NCBI GenBank assembly: GCA_001904745.1
Contig: MRCD01000119.1
Span: 1,749-25,748 of the forward strand
Direction: 5' to 3'
Length of the DNA: 24,000 bases
Source: Calothrix sp. HK-06
GTDB lineage: Bacteria > Cyanobacteriota > Cyanobacteriia > Cyanobacteriales > Nostocaceae
In this document: positions 23,596-24,000 of the stretch, piece by piece
Position numbering within the stretch: position 1 is the stretch's first letter
Layout: each line of letters starts with the position of its first letter
Made by a program: the position numbers and the translations under genes
Notes under the pieces: model-generated
Database searches by the model: none
Seen by the model: the letters and a program-made list of their open reading frames with translations, nothing else
Told to the model about the DNA's origin: nothing

Positions 23596-24000
23596 TTATT
23601 TTGCAAATATACAATATTCAAGTAAGTAATGATATTGAGGTATTGTTGGAATTATAATGATTGTCTGTGTTTTAGTTTTAAAGTTTGGTGCCAATGATTT
23701 TAAGCTTGCTAATTCGTTATCTGATTTTTGTAATTCAGGTGCTTGAGGTGATTGAGGTGTACTTGGATTTAGTTGGCAGGCACGACTTGATGGATAAAGA
23801 ACTGTTAACTTTTTAGGACAGGCTGTACTTTTATCGTTTATCAACTTTCTAGCATCATTAATACTTTTCTCTTTTGCGACCTTTACCGCATTTGTTACTT
23901 CAGATACCTTATCTATCTTGTTTATTTTATATTGAATTAGCATAATCACTGAATGTAGACTCCCATCATAAATATATCGCTTATGTTTGTAAAAATACAT
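23596..24000 (-). CDS. hypothetical protein, possibly truncated by the window edge
   Basis: The ORF reaches the right edge. An ATG sits exactly at 24000-23998, but the true start may lie outside the window. Very AT-rich. Confidence 0.4.
   Translation of the reverse strand: MYFYKHKRYIYDGSLHSVIMLIQYKINKIDKVSEVTNAVKVAKEKSINDARKLINDKSTACPKKLTVLYPSSRACQLNPSTPQSPQAPELQKSDNELASLKSLAPNFKTKTQTIIIIPTIPQYHYLLEYCIFAK

Noticed and set aside
1-24000. GGCGCC abundance plus GATC absence as an artefact of GATC having been deleted from GGCGATCGCC sites
   Set aside because: A 4-nt deletion at each site would destroy reading frames. Yet long ORFs (for example 8048..10216 and 18529..22188) run uninterrupted through multiple GGCGCC sites with intact conserved motifs on both sides.
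1-24000. Canonical cyanobacterial HIP1 (GCGATCGC) and CRISPR arrays
   Set aside because: I found no GCGATCGC and no repeat-spacer array. The only short tandem repeats (22483-22522) are two copies with iteron-like spacing, not a CRISPR.

Overview
AT-rich window (about 38-40% GC by eye) that reads as part of a plasmid or integrative conjugative element, not core chromosome. All calls rest on motifs read by eye; no searches or folding were run.

Layout, left to right:
- 1-1471: a small stress/defence-looking corner. It holds the 3' end of a HEPN-like ORF, a two-gene minus-strand cassette and a NERD-domain gene.
- 1885-12511: one long, tightly coupled plus-strand operon of about 19 genes. It encodes many small membrane proteins, three consecutive membrane-anchored cell-wall enzymes (a YkuD-like candidate, an M23 peptidase and a lambda-R/GH104-type lytic transglycosylase), a 722-aa FtsK/SpoIIIE-family DNA translocase, a RusA-like resolvase and a small P-loop ATPase. 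I found no VirB4-type ATPase and no relaxase.
- 12510-12607: an aberrant tRNA-like element directly after the operon.
- 12787-15260: three further genes, including a double-HTH protein on the minus strand.
- About 15.7-17.3 kb: an intact IscB (RuvC-HNH) gene with a structured upstream region consistent with its omega RNA, and no TnpA.
- 17327-22188: a replication module, with a ParB-like protein translationally coupled to a 1219-aa TOPRIM-like plus P-loop primase/helicase-type Rep.
- 22.2-23.0 kb: a non-coding, iteron-bearing candidate origin.
- 23.1-24.0 kb: two AT-rich minus-strand ORFs.

The most striking signals are at the DNA level:
- GGCGCC occurs 33 times against about 1-2 expected, in all reading frames and in non-coding DNA.
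- GCGCGC is also enriched.
- GATC is almost absent (2 sites against about 80 expected).
- GGCC is depleted.
- The IscB-containing segment is a 3.5-kb GGCGCC-free gap.
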